In this document: positions 38,980 through 49,268 of the stretch, in pieces
How positions within the stretch are numbered: the stretch's first letter is position 1
Layout: each line of letters opens with the position of its first letter
Source of the DNA: Thermoanaerobaculia bacterium
GTDB taxonomy: Bacteria > Acidobacteriota > Thermoanaerobaculia > Multivoradales > Multivoraceae
Direction of reading: 5' to 3'
DNA length: 64,000 nt
NCBI GenBank assembly: GCA_963664405.1
Contig: OY761158.1
Location: forward strand, 2,176,001-2,240,000
Notes under the pieces: model-generated
The model's input: the letters and a program-made list of their open reading frames with translations, nothing else
Databases searched by the model: none
Told to the model about the DNA's origin: nothing
Translations under genes and position numbers: made by a program

Positions 38980-40533
38980 GAGTCTGCGCGGCAGGAGTGC
39001 GGGTACGGTGAAGCTTCGATCGCGCTGCAGAATGGACGCCGCATTGGGTTTCGGATGGCGGAGAGTGCGTTGAGCAAGCCTGACGAGGCGTCAGGAAGCG
39101 CGATGCGGGTCGTATAGGGAGCTCTAACTCGGTGGCATGGCCCGGAGCGGCTCATGAAGCCGCTTGGAGGACGTGGAAGCGCTTCAAGTTGACGGCCAGA
39201 CACACCAGATCCCACTCGTGGCCGACATTGTCTTGGCCCCGGAGGCTGAATCGTCGGAAGCCCAGCACCTCTTTGATCCAACCGATCACCGGTTCCACGA
39301 CCGCCTTGCGCCGTCGGTAGCGTTGCTTGCCGGCGTCGCTGGCGAGTTTGTTCTGCATGCGGCGAGACGCTGCGAGCCTCTTGCTCACCTCACGCTTCTT
39401 TCCCTCTCGACCCAAGGAGATGTGAGCTTCAATGCCTCGTTTCTCGAGCTCGAGAAACGTCGCCTCGCTGCGATACCCCGCATCCGCCAAGACCTGCTCG
39501 GGATCCTCCCCCATCGCCGCCTTCGCCCGCGACAGCAACGGCATCATCTCGCCCACGTCCGCGGCGTTGTTCGTCAGGCTCGTCGAGACGATCATCTGCG
39601 ACTCTTCCTCCACCGCCAACTGGCCGTTGTAGCACTGATCGTAGCCATGGACCGTTTTCATGATCCGACTCTGCGGATCGGTGAAGTTGTCCTGGGCCCG
39701 GTCCTCCGGTACACCAAAATCGCGCGCGAAGGGCCGCCCGCGACGAGGCGGGTCGTCGTCGTCAACCTCCTTACGGCCGCGCTCTCGGTCCTTTTCGGCC
39801 TGGCGCGCCTCGAGCCTCTCCTTCGCCTGCTGGATCTTCGCCAAGCGCTGCTCGCGCCGCTGCAGCTCGGCCGGCAGCTCATCGCCGCGCACCTGCGCAC
39901 CATGCTCCACATCCTCTGCCGTATCCACCGCCTCGGCCTGCGACAGGAGCTCGGCGATCTCCTCTTGCAGACGCTTCTCCTCCTCCAGCATCCGAGCGTA
40001 GCTCATCGACTTGCGCTTGCTCGCGTTGGCCTTGACCTTCGTACCGTCCACCACCAACGTCCCCATACGCAGCACCCCGGCCTCACGAGCGATCTGCACC
40101 ACCTGCACGAACAGCGCCCGGAATGCCGCTAAATGAAGCTGACGAAACTCACATATCGTGCGATGCGCCGGGGAGTTGCCCGCCGCCAGATAACGATACG
40201 CCACGTCCTCCTCGAGCTTGCGCGCGATGCCGCGCGACGAATACGTCCCCGTCCCATACGCATACAACATCACCTTCACCATCATCCGAGGATCGAACGG
40301 CTGATTCCGACGACCATCCCCCTCGTAACGAGCGTAAAACGACGACAGATCCAGCGCCTCCACCGTCTCGGAGATGAAGTACACCAAGTGGCCCTCCGGC
40401 AACCAGTCACGAGGGCTCGGGGCTAGCAGATACAGCTGATCCGGAGCATACGGACGAAACGACGTCGGCATGCCACAACTCTACTCCGTCTTCGATCTCT
40501 TCACTAAACACTCCGTTTCTGCCGCGCAGACTC
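38980..40533 (-). mobile_element. IS1182-family insertion sequence (1554 bp)
   Basis: 15-bp perfect terminal inverted repeats GAGTCTGCGCGGCAG; CTAG duplicated at 38976-38979 and 40534-40537. Confidence 0.92.
39152..40471 (-). CDS. IS1182-family DDE transposase
   Basis: WLPEGHL, SSRGIA, VDGTKVKANAS, NFTDPQSRIM, ADAGY, RKAVVEPVIG. Confidence 0.95.
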   Translation of the reverse strand: MPTSFRPYAPDQLYLLAPSPRDWLPEGHLVYFISETVEALDLSSFYARYEGDGRRNQPFDPRMMVKVMLYAYGTGTYSSRGIARKLEEDVAYRYLAAGNSPAHRTICEFRQLHLAAFRALFVQVVQIAREAGVLRMGTLVVDGTKVKANASKRKSMSYARMLEEEKRLQEEIAELLSQAEAVDTAEDVEHGAQVRGDELPAELQRREQRLAKIQQAKERLEARQAEKDRERGRKEVDDDDPPRRGRPFARDFGVPEDRAQDNFTDPQSRIMKTVHGYDQCYNGQLAVEEESQMIVSTSLTNNAADVGEMMPLLSRAKAAMGEDPEQVLADAGYRSEATFLELEKRGIEAHISLGREGKKREVSKRLAASRRMQNKLASDAGKQRYRRRKAVVEPVIGWIKEVLGFRRFSLRGQDNVGHEWDLVCLAVNLKRFHVLQAAS

Positions 40534-42693
40534 CTAGCGGGCCACGGGGCCTCCGGCGTCCTCAGAGCTCTCGAGAACGAAGTCGCCGTGCAACCGAATG
40601 TCGGCCGACGAACTGCCAACGAGGACCTGGAAGGTGCCGGCTTCAGCGAGCCAACGGCATCGATCGACGTCGTAGAACGACAGATCGGCCGCCTTCAGGT
40701 CGCAGGAAAAGAGACGGCTCTCTCCCGCGGCGAGCGAACAGCGAACGAAGGCCCTGAGCTCCTTATCGGGCCGCTCGACGCTGCTCTCCACGTCGCGGAC
40801 ATAGACTTGTGCGATCTCGACCCCCGATCTCTGTCCTTGGTTCGTCACCCGGAAAGTCAGGGTGGCGGCAAAGCGGTCACCCCGTCCCTGGGTCTCGACT
40901 CGCAGGTCGTCATAGCGAAAGCAGGTGTAGCTCAGCCCATGACCGAAGGGAAAGAGCGGCGGGTCCGGATGGCGCTCAATGCCGCGGTAACCGACAAACA
41001 CACCTTCGTTGTAGAGAGGACTCGGGCGTGGAAAGCTCTCCCCGTCTGGAAGCTGACCGAGATGGGAGGGGAAAGTGATGGGCAACCTGGCCGATGGATT
41101 GACATCGCCGAGTAGAACGTCCGCCAGAGCACGGCCGCCCTGTTCACCGGGATACCACGCATGCAGAATCGTCGCCGCCCCGCCAACCCATGATCCCATC
41201 GTCACCGCCCCCCCGGCGACGATCACGACAACCGTCCGCGGATTGACTTCGAGCACGGTCTCGATCAACTCCACCTGACCCGCGGGTAGATCGAGGACCC
41301 CACCGCGACGATCGACACTCTCGCGCTCCCAGGTGTGGTCGAAGCCAACGACCACGATCGCCGCATCGCTCTTGCCCGCTAGCTGCGCCGCGCGGCGCAA
41401 CTTCGTCGGTGTACTCCGGCCGTCGAGCTCACACCCTTTCCTGTAGCGAACGCGAAACCGGTTCGCGAACCGCTCCCGAAGTCCGGCCAGCGGCGAAACG
41501 CGGTGGAAGGGCCTGACCTCGCTGCTACCGTCCTCTCCTAGCTGAGCTACGGCGGCATTGGGGCCGAGGACCGCCAGCGATCCGAGATCGGTTGGGCTGA
41601 GTGGCAGAACACCGTCATCGTTCTTGAGCAGCACCATCGAGGCACGGGCCACCTCCAACGCCAGAGCTCGGTGCTCGAGACAGTTGACGACCCCACGCTG
41701 CTTGACGGGTCGACGCTCGAAGAGCCCGTTCGCCATCTTGGTTCGGAGCACGCGTCGCGCCGCTCTCTCTACCGCCTCTGCCGACACCCTTCCCGCCTTC
41801 ACCGCCTCGACCAGCGCGCGGCCGTAGTGCACTTGCTTCGGCATCTCGACATCGAGGCCCGCATCGATCGACCGTTCGGTACCCTCGACCGTCTTCCAGT
41901 CCCCCACCACGATGCCGCGGAAGCCCCACTCTCCTCTCAGAACATCAGTGAGAAGGTACTCGTGCTCCGCGCCACGCGATCCGTTGACCCCAGTACGAGC
42001 CGACATCACGCTCCACACCCCGCCCTCCTCGACACAGGCACGGAACGCCGGCAGATAGATTTCTCGCAGAGCGCGCTCCCCGACCTCGACCATCAGTTTT
42101 CGATCGCTCAGTTCTGGATCGTTGGTGCCCTCCTGGTTGTGGCAGGCGAGATGCTTGACGCAGGCGATGACTCCCTGCTGCTGGATCCCCTCGACAAACG
42201 GCACCGCGATCGCGGCAGTGAGGAAGGGGTCTTCGCTGAAGCACTCCTGCGTGCGCCCGGCGCGCGAGTCACGAATGATGTTGACGCAGGGAGCCAGGAG
42301 CCAGTTGCGGCCCTTGGCCATTGCTTCTCGTGCGATCGCCGAGGCCATGCGACGCGAGAGCTCGGGGTCCCAAGCGCTGGCGAGAGCGATGGAGACCGGG
42401 AAGGCGGTTGCTTTGTCGGTATGGCGGAATGGATAGCGCCACACCGCTTCGCCGATACCTCGAGGACCATCACAACATCGAAAGTCCGGGATACCAAGGC
42501 GGCGATTCTTCGGCGCTCGCATCTGCCCGATACCGTGAAGCTGGCGAGCCTTTTCGAGCAGACTCATCTGCTGTAGCAGCAGCTCGACTCGGTCGTCGAG
42601 CGAGCTCTCAGGATCGAGGCGCGGATGACGCGCGAGATCTCCCCCGGATTGAGCATCGCCCACGGCAGCGGACCCTACCACCGTCGTCGGCAC
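40534..42693 (-). CDS. Glycoside hydrolase family 3 beta-glucosidase with Fn3 domain
   Basis: DGPRG, FSEDP, VKH, VGDW nucleophile, WYPGEQGG, FPFGHGLSYT; start uncertain. Confidence 0.93.
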   Translation of the reverse strand: MPTTVVGSAAVGDAQSGGDLARHPRLDPESSLDDRVELLLQQMSLLEKARQLHGIGQMRAPKNRRLGIPDFRCCDGPRGIGEAVWRYPFRHTDKATAFPVSIALASAWDPELSRRMASAIAREAMAKGRNWLLAPCVNIIRDSRAGRTQECFSEDPFLTAAIAVPFVEGIQQQGVIACVKHLACHNQEGTNDPELSDRKLMVEVGERALREIYLPAFRACVEEGGVWSVMSARTGVNGSRGAEHEYLLTDVLRGEWGFRGIVVGDWKTVEGTERSIDAGLDVEMPKQVHYGRALVEAVKAGRVSAEAVERAARRVLRTKMANGLFERRPVKQRGVVNCLEHRALALEVARASMVLLKNDDGVLPLSPTDLGSLAVLGPNAAVAQLGEDGSSEVRPFHRVSPLAGLRERFANRFRVRYRKGCELDGRSTPTKLRRAAQLAGKSDAAIVVVGFDHTWERESVDRRGGVLDLPAGQVELIETVLEVNPRTVVVIVAGGAVTMGSWVGGAATILHAWYPGEQGGRALADVLLGDVNPSARLPITFPSHLGQLPDGESFPRPSPLYNEGVFVGYRGIERHPDPPLFPFGHGLSYTCFRYDDLRVETQGRGDRFAATLTFRVTNQGQRSGVEIAQVYVRDVESSVERPDKELRAFVRCSLAAGESRLFSCDLKAADLSFYDVDRCRWLAEAGTFQVLVGSSSADIRLHGDFVLESSEDAGGPVAR

Positions 42694-42704
42694 CGAGCCC
42701 CCTG

Positions 42705-42872
42705 CTAGTGTCGTGTCCCAGAAGTGCCTACCCAATAGCTCGGCCCCTTTCGCTCGCTGCCTTCGTTACGCCTCGTCGACAGATTCCCAATATGCCTGCC
42801 TCGCCGCGCCTTGGCAGCGAACGAAATGACCTCGATCTATTAGGCAGGCATTTCCGGGACACGACACGCTAG
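42705..42872. mobile_element. Family A CTAG element with different arms
   Basis: Arms CTAGTGTCGTGTCCCAGAAGTGCCTACCCAATAG and its inverted match; shared core GACAGATTCCCAATATGCCTGC. Confidence 0.8.
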
Positions 42873-43210
42873 CGGCCTCGTCGAGATTCATCCACCGGCT
42901 CCGCCATCGAGTCGAGGAATTCGAGTACCAGGTGGTTGAGCTCGTCAGGCCTCTCGAGGCTCGGTAGGTGAGCGACACCTGCGATGTCAACCGCACGCGC
43001 TCCGGGAATGCCCTCGACCAGCGCTCGGCCCGAAGCTCGACTGCGGCGGACATGCACCTCGAAGCGTTCGTCGAAGGCGTCGACCTGGGGCTGCCACGTA
43101 CGCGAATCGGCGATGCCGGCGTGAAGAAAGATCACCGGCGGCCCTGCGCCGGAGCGCGCGTACCACAAGCGCGCGCCCTCGACTTCCAAGTATCCGATTC
43201 TCTCGGTCAT
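42869..43210 (-). pseudogene. Alpha/beta hydrolase with its catalytic core deleted
   Basis: N-terminal FLHAGIADSRTW joined to C-terminal AHLPSLERPD in only ~113 aa; no nucleophile elbow. Confidence 0.75.
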
Positions 43211-43376
43211 CTTGATCCGTCTACGATTCCAAAAATAGATAGACCTGTCTATTTTTTTCACCGATCCTGAGTTATCCTTGCCCCTGAACGGTGTTGCTGC
43301 CGCCGAGTGTACGCGGAAACGACCTCTTGACAGTTCGGTTCTCAGTCGGCGAAAGTTCCTTCGACAAGGAGTCTTG

Positions 43377-44066
43377 ATGAAGCCAACAACCAAGCGAATC
43401 GCGTGGGTAGCCGGCATTCTGGCGGTTTCTATCGCGGCCGGCAGCTGGGGCTACCGACAGGCGATGTTCGCCGGCCTGATCCGGATCAACGAGTACGACA
43501 TCCGCTCCGAAGGCATCCTGCAAGTTGGGGAGCTGGCTCCAGACCTGGAGCTCGCCGACGTCGATGGCGGCATGACCAAACTCTCGCAGCTGTGGGCAGC
43601 GAAGCCGCTGGTGCTGGTATTCGGGAGTTATACCTGACCACCCTTCCGAGCCAGTTTGGCTCGGATCGAGAAGCTGCGGGAAGAGTGGACTCCTCGCCTC
43701 GAGTTCACCTACGTCTACATCAAAGAGGCCCATCCTGAAGACGAGTGGCAGGCGCCGAAGAACCTCGAGAGTGACGTCATCTTCAAGCAGCCCACCAACT
43801 TCGTCGAGCGTATGGAGCTCGCCGAGACCTTCGTCGAAGCCAATGACATCGGCACTCGCACCCTGGTCGACGACATGACCAACAAGGCAAATGCCTGTTA
43901 TGCCGCCTGGCCAGAGCGCATCTACGTCATCGACCAGGACGGCACGATCGCTTACAAGGGCGGCATGGGTCCCTTCAAGTTCAAGCCGAAAGATCTCGGA
44001 GAGTTCCTCCAAGATCGCTACAGTCACCTCGCCCCGGAGATCACAGAGCTCCAACAGCCCTCTTGA
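43377..44066 (+). CDS. Iodothyronine deiodinase-like selenoprotein (Sec at TGA 43635-43637)
   Basis: In-frame readthrough gives PLVLVFGSYT-U-PPFR, YIKEAHPEDEW, YAAWPERIYVI, YKGGMGP, all deiodinase motifs; SECIS-like hairpin follows. Confidence 0.9.
43645..43665 (+). promoter_or_regulatory. Bacterial SECIS-like hairpin
   Basis: TCCGAGCCA-GTT-TGGCTCGGA, perfect 9-bp stem; loop G follows a 16-nt spacer after the UGA. Confidence 0.8.
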
Positions 44067-44082
44067 AGCCGGCCGGCCGCGG

Positions 44083-44189
44083 GGGGGGTCTTGGGGACCG
44101 GGCTGCTCCGCGGGTTTCTCAGACAGTCGTAGTGAAGCCGACTTGCTTCGGTATTTTTATGCTACGCAGCCCGGTCCCCAAGACCCCCC
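44083..44189. repeat. Perfect 24-bp inverted repeat with 59-nt spacer
   Basis: GGGGGGTCTTGGGGACCGGGCTGC / GCAGCCCGGTCCCCAAGACCCCCC. Confidence 0.85.
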
Positions 44190-44404
44190 TGATGCGGCCT
44201 CCGCCATCGGCGAGGGAGCGTCGTTTCTGAGTGCTACGGCTGACGTAGCCGAGCCTTCAGGATGGCCAGGGGGTTCGGTCGGCCAGGCTGTCCTGGGTGG
44301 GGAGCGTGCGCCTTATCGCCACAGCGCAGTGAGCGAACGCGGAGGCGTATTCCACGCCGCACAAGTGAACGACCGAGCACGCGTACGATCGCCGCCCAGG
44401 CGGA

Positions 44405-44529
44405 GCCGGGTGTTCAGGGTGCCCCATATCGCGGCAGCACAGGGGCGAGGCGACGTAGGCGTACCGGAGGTACGTCGGAGGAGCCGAGCGACGAGCACGC
44501 CGTGAGATGGGGTGCCCTGGACAGCCGGC
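44405..44529. repeat. Family B palindromic element
   Basis: Homologous to 15702-15827; abuts the TAG stop of the DUF5916 gene. Confidence 0.75.
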
Positions 44530-46778
44530 TAAGGTTGCCAGAAGTAGGTGTACTTCAGGATCAACTCTCGGCGGAAGGTCTCGCGCGCGCGGAACGACGG
44601 CGCGTCCCAGTTCTCGTTGTAGACGAGGAAGAGATCGGCGCCAGGCTTGTAGATCCAGTTCAGCCGTAGGTTGAGGCCAACGAGCTCGGCAGCGTCGTTG
44701 TACTGGAGGAAGGTGTTGAGCCGCAGGTCGGGATTGAACGAGAGGTCGACACGAAGACCGTAAACCGTGGTCTCGAAGTCGCCCTGCGGTAGCGTGACGT
44801 CGTTGTAGTTCCACGTCAGCTCGCCGAAAATATGCTTCGATCCGCGCACTCTCGCGGTGAGAAAGTAGCTCTCCCGATCGCCATCGAAGAAGGGACCGAT
44901 GTTGATATTGCCGTTGAAGGAGAAGCGCCGGCCACTATTCGAGAAGCCGCGGATGAACAGACCGTCGAAATTGTAGAGACCCGGCGGGATGACAATTCCG
45001 GGCTGGATCTCGAAGGGCTCGAAGAGCTGCTCTGTATCTTGGACCCAGGCGACTCGAAAGCGATCGTCTCCCTTGGTTCGCAGCGAGAGCGGAGCCAGGA
45101 GGATCCGTCGGCTCTCGATGTCTCCGATGCTTTCGCGCTCGTAGTACTCCAGCTCGGCGTCGAGGGTCCAGCTACGGATGAACCACTTGTTCACTCGTGG
45201 CTCGAATCGCACCGCCGGCTTGTAGTGCATGAAGTCGCGGCGCTGCAGAAAGCCCATGGCGGGATCGAAGTTCTTCTGCGCCTGGACGATGTCGAGGCTC
45301 GCTCGCAGATTGCTGCGCGTGTATACCCCGCCGGTGCCGAAGGAGCCCGACTCATCGCTGCCGTGCTCGTTCTCGCTTCCAGCGCCGAAAAGATAAAAAC
45401 TCGAAGTGGTCGTCGGCTTGTAATCGAGATCGAGCCCGTAGAGACGATTGAAACCGGAACCGCTCGGGTCGCGCTCGGTGACGATCATGCCCAAAGACGA
45501 GCGCTCGCCGAGGTTGCGCTTGAGACGGAACACTCCGAAGAGCTCGTCGGGCACGAATCGCCGCCCTTCTTCGTCCACTTGATCGGTACTCACACCCAGC
45601 ACGCCCACGTTCCAGTTCCCTACTCGCCCGGTGAGCCGCCCGCCCCAGTCGAGGGGAACCTCCTGGCCCTGATCGATGCCGATGCGGCGAGAGAAGAACG
45701 CCTTCATCAGGGGTGGTTGATTGGGGTTGCCGCTGCTCGGAGGGCCGAACTCGAAGATGCCGGCGTTCTCGAGAAAAAACTCACGCTTCTCGGGGAAGAA
45801 GAGCGAGAAGCGAGTGATGTTCACCTGCTGTTGGTCGACTTCGACCTGGGCGAAGTCTGTGTTGTAGGTCAGGTCGAGGGTCAGCGACCGGGTCACGCCC
45901 CATTTGACGTCGAGACCGGCATCCAGCTCATCATCGTGCTTCGGCTCGCGCTGCGGCTCTTCGCCCACCAGCCCGACCACGAAGGGCTTGACGTCGAGGC
46001 GTCGGGCCGCCTTGACATCGCCGATGCCGGTCAGATCGCCGGCGAGGGAGACCAGATGAGCCGCATAGGTTCGGCCCACCGCGCGAATATTGACCTCTCG
46101 CGATATCGCCGCCCAGTTACTCTCTTCATTGGTACGTCGCACAACTCGACGCACGTTGAGGCCCCAGGTGTCCTCTCCAGGGTTGAAGCGAAGACTGGTG
46201 AAGGGGATCGCCACCTCGGCGAACCAGCCCTGCGCATTGCGGCGCGTCCCCACCGCCCACACGCCGTCCCATTCGACGTTGTAGAGCTTCCCCTCGTCGG
46301 TGACCAGAGCATCGGTGCGCGCCCCGTTGGGGTTGATCTCGAACATGACGCTGTTGCGCTGATCGTGGAAAGTGTCGAGCACGATCGAGATAGCATCGTC
46401 GTTGCGCCCCAGATCAGCGTCTCGCTGCATCTCCTTGGCGACGATCTCTTCCGGCTTCGAATCGAAGGCTCGGATGCCGAAGTACAAGGTGCTCGGCGTA
46501 TAGAGAACCGAGAACTCGGTGCGCTCGGCGGCGGGTCGGTTGTCGTTGGGCTCTCTGGCGGCGAAGTCCTTACCGACCTCCGCTTCGGCCCACGCCGCTT
46601 CGGTGAGCTCGCCATCGACCGTGATCGCCTGGTCGATAGGGAGAGCGGCGATACTGGGCCGAAGGGTCGAGCTGTTCTGCGCCGCCACGGGTGTCACCCA
46701 AAGAGCGGCAATGGCGAGCCAAGGCAGCAGCAGGCGTGCCAGGGCCGGCCGAGAGTCCATGTAGTTTCGCGCTCTCAT
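44529..46778 (-). CDS. CBM9-like/DUF5916 outer-membrane protein, copy 1
   Basis: VDGELTEAAW, DTFHDQRN, NTDFAQVEVD, FFPEKREFFLEN, FFSRRIG. Confidence 0.88.
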   Translation of the reverse strand: MRARNYMDSRPALARLLLPWLAIAALWVTPVAAQNSSTLRPSIAALPIDQAITVDGELTEAAWAEAEVGKDFAAREPNDNRPAAERTEFSVLYTPSTLYFGIRAFDSKPEEIVAKEMQRDADLGRNDDAISIVLDTFHDQRNSVMFEINPNGARTDALVTDEGKLYNVEWDGVWAVGTRRNAQGWFAEVAIPFTSLRFNPGEDTWGLNVRRVVRRTNEESNWAAISREVNIRAVGRTYAAHLVSLAGDLTGIGDVKAARRLDVKPFVVGLVGEEPQREPKHDDELDAGLDVKWGVTRSLTLDLTYNTDFAQVEVDQQQVNITRFSLFFPEKREFFLENAGIFEFGPPSSGNPNQPPLMKAFFSRRIGIDQGQEVPLDWGGRLTGRVGNWNVGVLGVSTDQVDEEGRRFVPDELFGVFRLKRNLGERSSLGMIVTERDPSGSGFNRLYGLDLDYKPTTTSSFYLFGAGSENEHGSDESGSFGTGGVYTRSNLRASLDIVQAQKNFDPAMGFLQRRDFMHYKPAVRFEPRVNKWFIRSWTLDAELEYYERESIGDIESRRILLAPLSLRTKGDDRFRVAWVQDTEQLFEPFEIQPGIVIPPGLYNFDGLFIRGFSNSGRRFSFNGNINIGPFFDGDRESYFLTARVRGSKHIFGELTWNYNDVTLPQGDFETTVYGLRVDLSFNPDLRLNTFLQYNDAAELVGLNLRLNWIYKPGADLFLVYNENWDAPSFRARETFRRELILKYTYFWQP

Positions 46779-46990
46779 CTCGTAAATCCGGGCAGAGACT
46801 ATCCCATCCCGGGACCGGCCCCCACGCGACGGTTCCGGGTGTTCACGGTGCCACAGATCGGGGCGGGGCACCCCGCCGAGGCTCTCGGCGACGGCCAGGC
46901 CTGAAACCGCCGAAGAATCGGGCTGCGCCGTTGCCCGAAGCGTATAGGAAGCAACGCGCAAGTGCGCCGTCCTCGGCGCCAAAAAACAAG

Positions 46991-47027
46991 TAGCTTTCAG
47001 AAATGATATTCATCATTTCGAAAGCTA
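46991..47027 (-). promoter_or_regulatory. Palindrome at gene end: terminator and/or Fur-box-like operator
   Basis: TAGCTTTCAGAAATGAT-ATTC-ATCATTTCGAAAGCTA; conserved copy at 49534-49571. Confidence 0.5.
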
Positions 47028-49268
47028 CGGCTGCCAGAGGTAGGTGTACTTGACGATCAGCTCTCGACGGAAAGTTTCGCGGGCGGAAAAGGTGGGTGCA
47101 TCCCAATTCTCGTTGTAGACGACGAAGAGATCGGCCCCTGGTTTGTAGATCCAATTCAGCCGCACATTGAGGCCGACGAGCTCGGCGGCGTCGTTGTACT
47201 GGGCGAAAGTGTTGATCCGCAGATCAGGGCTAAACGAGAGGTCGATGCGGAGACCGTAGACCGTGGTCTCGAAGTCGCCCTGTGGCATCGACACATCGTT
47301 GAAGTTCCACGACAGCTCGCTGCGTAGATGCTTCGATGCGCGAAAAATCGTGGTGAAGTTGTAGCTTTCACGGTCACCCTCGAAGAACTCGCCGATGTCG
47401 ACCGTGCCTCGGAACCTCACCCGCCGCCCCTCGCTCGAGCTGGCCCTCATGAACGCAGAATCGAAGTCGTAGAGCCCTGCCGGAATGACGATTCCAGGCT
47501 GAATCTCGAAGGGCTCGAAGAGCTGCTCGGTCTCATGGTTCCATGCGATTCGAAAGCGGTCGTCTCCGTTCGTGCGCATCCCGATCGGCGTCAGCGAGAG
47601 CCGTCGGCTCTCGATCTCACCGGTGCTCTCGCGCTCGAAGTAGTCGAGATTGGCATCGAGAGTCCAGCTGCGGATGAACCACTTGTTCACTCGTGGCTCG
47701 AATCGGAGCGCGGGCCGGTATTGGACGAAGTCGGTGCGCTGGAGAAAACCCATGCCCGGGTCGAAATTCTTCTGCGCCTGCACGATGTCGATGCCGCCCC
47801 GCATACTGCGCCGAGTGAAGCTGTAGCCGGTGCCAAAGGAGCCCGAATCCTCACTCTTCTCTTCGTCTTCACTCTCCGCACCGAAAAGATAGAGGCTCGA
47901 AGTCGTCGTCGGCTTGTAGTCGAGGTCGAGGCCATAGAGACGATTGAAGCCGGCCCCGCTCGGGTCGCGCTCAGTGACAATCATGCCAACGCTCGAACGC
48001 TCGCCGAGGTTCCGCTTCAGCCGGAAAACACCGAACAGCTCCTCTGGCACCGAGGATCGTCCTTCCTCGTCTACGGCGTCGGTACTCACAGCCAACATGC
48101 CGACATTCCAAGCGCCGACGCGCCCCGTGAGCCGTCCGCCGTAGTCGATGGGAACCTCCTGGCCCTGATCGAGACCGATGCGTCGCGAAAAGAAAGCCTT
48201 CATCAGCGGCGGTCGGGCGCTGGTCTGGGGCGGACCAAACTCGAAGATACCGGCGTTCTCGAGAAAGAAATCTCGCTTCTCCGGGAAGAAGAGCGGGAAA
48301 CGAGTAATGTTGACCTGCTGTTGGTCGACCTCGACCTGGGCGAAGTCGGTGTTGTACGTGAGGTCGAGAGTCAACGACTTGGTCACGCCCCATTTGACGT
48401 CGAGGCCGACGTCGACGTCATCGTCGTGCCTGTTCTCGCTGCGAGGCTCCTCGCCCACGAGCCCGACCACAAAGGGCTTGACGTCGAGGCGGCGCGCGGC
48501 TCTCACTGCGCCGATGCCGGTCAGATCACCGGCGAGAGAGACGTAATGAGCTCCGTATAGGGGGCTCGATCTGCGAATCGTGATCTCCCGCCCAATGGCG
48601 GCCCAATTGCTCTCTTCATTGGTGCGCCGCACCACTCGCCGCAAGTTGAGACCCCAGGTTTCGTCGCCGGGGTTGAAGCGGAGCGTTGTAAAGGGAATCG
48701 CCACCTCGGCGAACCAGCCCTGCGCGCTTCGCGAGGTCGCTACCGCCCACACCCCGTCCCACTCGAGGTTGAAGCTCTTCCCCTCGTCGGTGATCAACGC
48801 ATCGGTGCGCGCACCGTTGGGGTTGATCTCGAACATGAAGCTGTTGCGCTGATCGTGAAAAGTGTCGAGGATGATCGAGATTGCATCGTCGTTGCTGCCC
48901 AGGTCGGCATCGCGCTGCATCTCCTTGGCGATGATGGCGTCGGGTTGCGAGTCGTAGGCTCGAATGCCGAAGTACAAGGTGCTAGGTGTATAGAGAATCG
49001 AGAACTCGGTGCGCTCGGCGGCGGGTCGATTGTCGTTGGGCTCTCTGGCGGCAAAGTCCTTTCCGACCTCCGCTTCGGCCCACGCCGCTTCGGTGAGCTC
49101 ACCATCGACCGCGATCGCCCGATCGATGCGCAACGCGGCAATCGAGGGTCGAGGGCTCGAGCTGTTCTGCCCCGCCAGGGGCGCCACCCAGAAAAGGGCA
49201 GCGAGGATACCGGACAGCAGAACAAGGGCTCCTGCCGGTCGAGGAAAGTGCGTTTTCAGAACTCCCAT
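47025..49268 (-). CDS. CBM9-like/DUF5916 outer-membrane protein, copy 2
   Basis: Same motifs as copy 1; tandem paralog. Confidence 0.9.
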   Translation of the reverse strand: MGVLKTHFPRPAGALVLLSGILAALFWVAPLAGQNSSSPRPSIAALRIDRAIAVDGELTEAAWAEAEVGKDFAAREPNDNRPAAERTEFSILYTPSTLYFGIRAYDSQPDAIIAKEMQRDADLGSNDDAISIILDTFHDQRNSFMFEINPNGARTDALITDEGKSFNLEWDGVWAVATSRSAQGWFAEVAIPFTTLRFNPGDETWGLNLRRVVRRTNEESNWAAIGREITIRRSSPLYGAHYVSLAGDLTGIGAVRAARRLDVKPFVVGLVGEEPRSENRHDDDVDVGLDVKWGVTKSLTLDLTYNTDFAQVEVDQQQVNITRFPLFFPEKRDFFLENAGIFEFGPPQTSARPPLMKAFFSRRIGLDQGQEVPIDYGGRLTGRVGAWNVGMLAVSTDAVDEEGRSSVPEELFGVFRLKRNLGERSSVGMIVTERDPSGAGFNRLYGLDLDYKPTTTSSLYLFGAESEDEEKSEDSGSFGTGYSFTRRSMRGGIDIVQAQKNFDPGMGFLQRTDFVQYRPALRFEPRVNKWFIRSWTLDANLDYFERESTGEIESRRLSLTPIGMRTNGDDRFRIAWNHETEQLFEPFEIQPGIVIPAGLYDFDSAFMRASSSEGRRVRFRGTVDIGEFFEGDRESYNFTTIFRASKHLRSELSWNFNDVSMPQGDFETTVYGLRIDLSFSPDLRINTFAQYNDAAELVGLNVRLNWIYKPGADLFVVYNENWDAPTFSARETFRRELIVKYTYLWQP

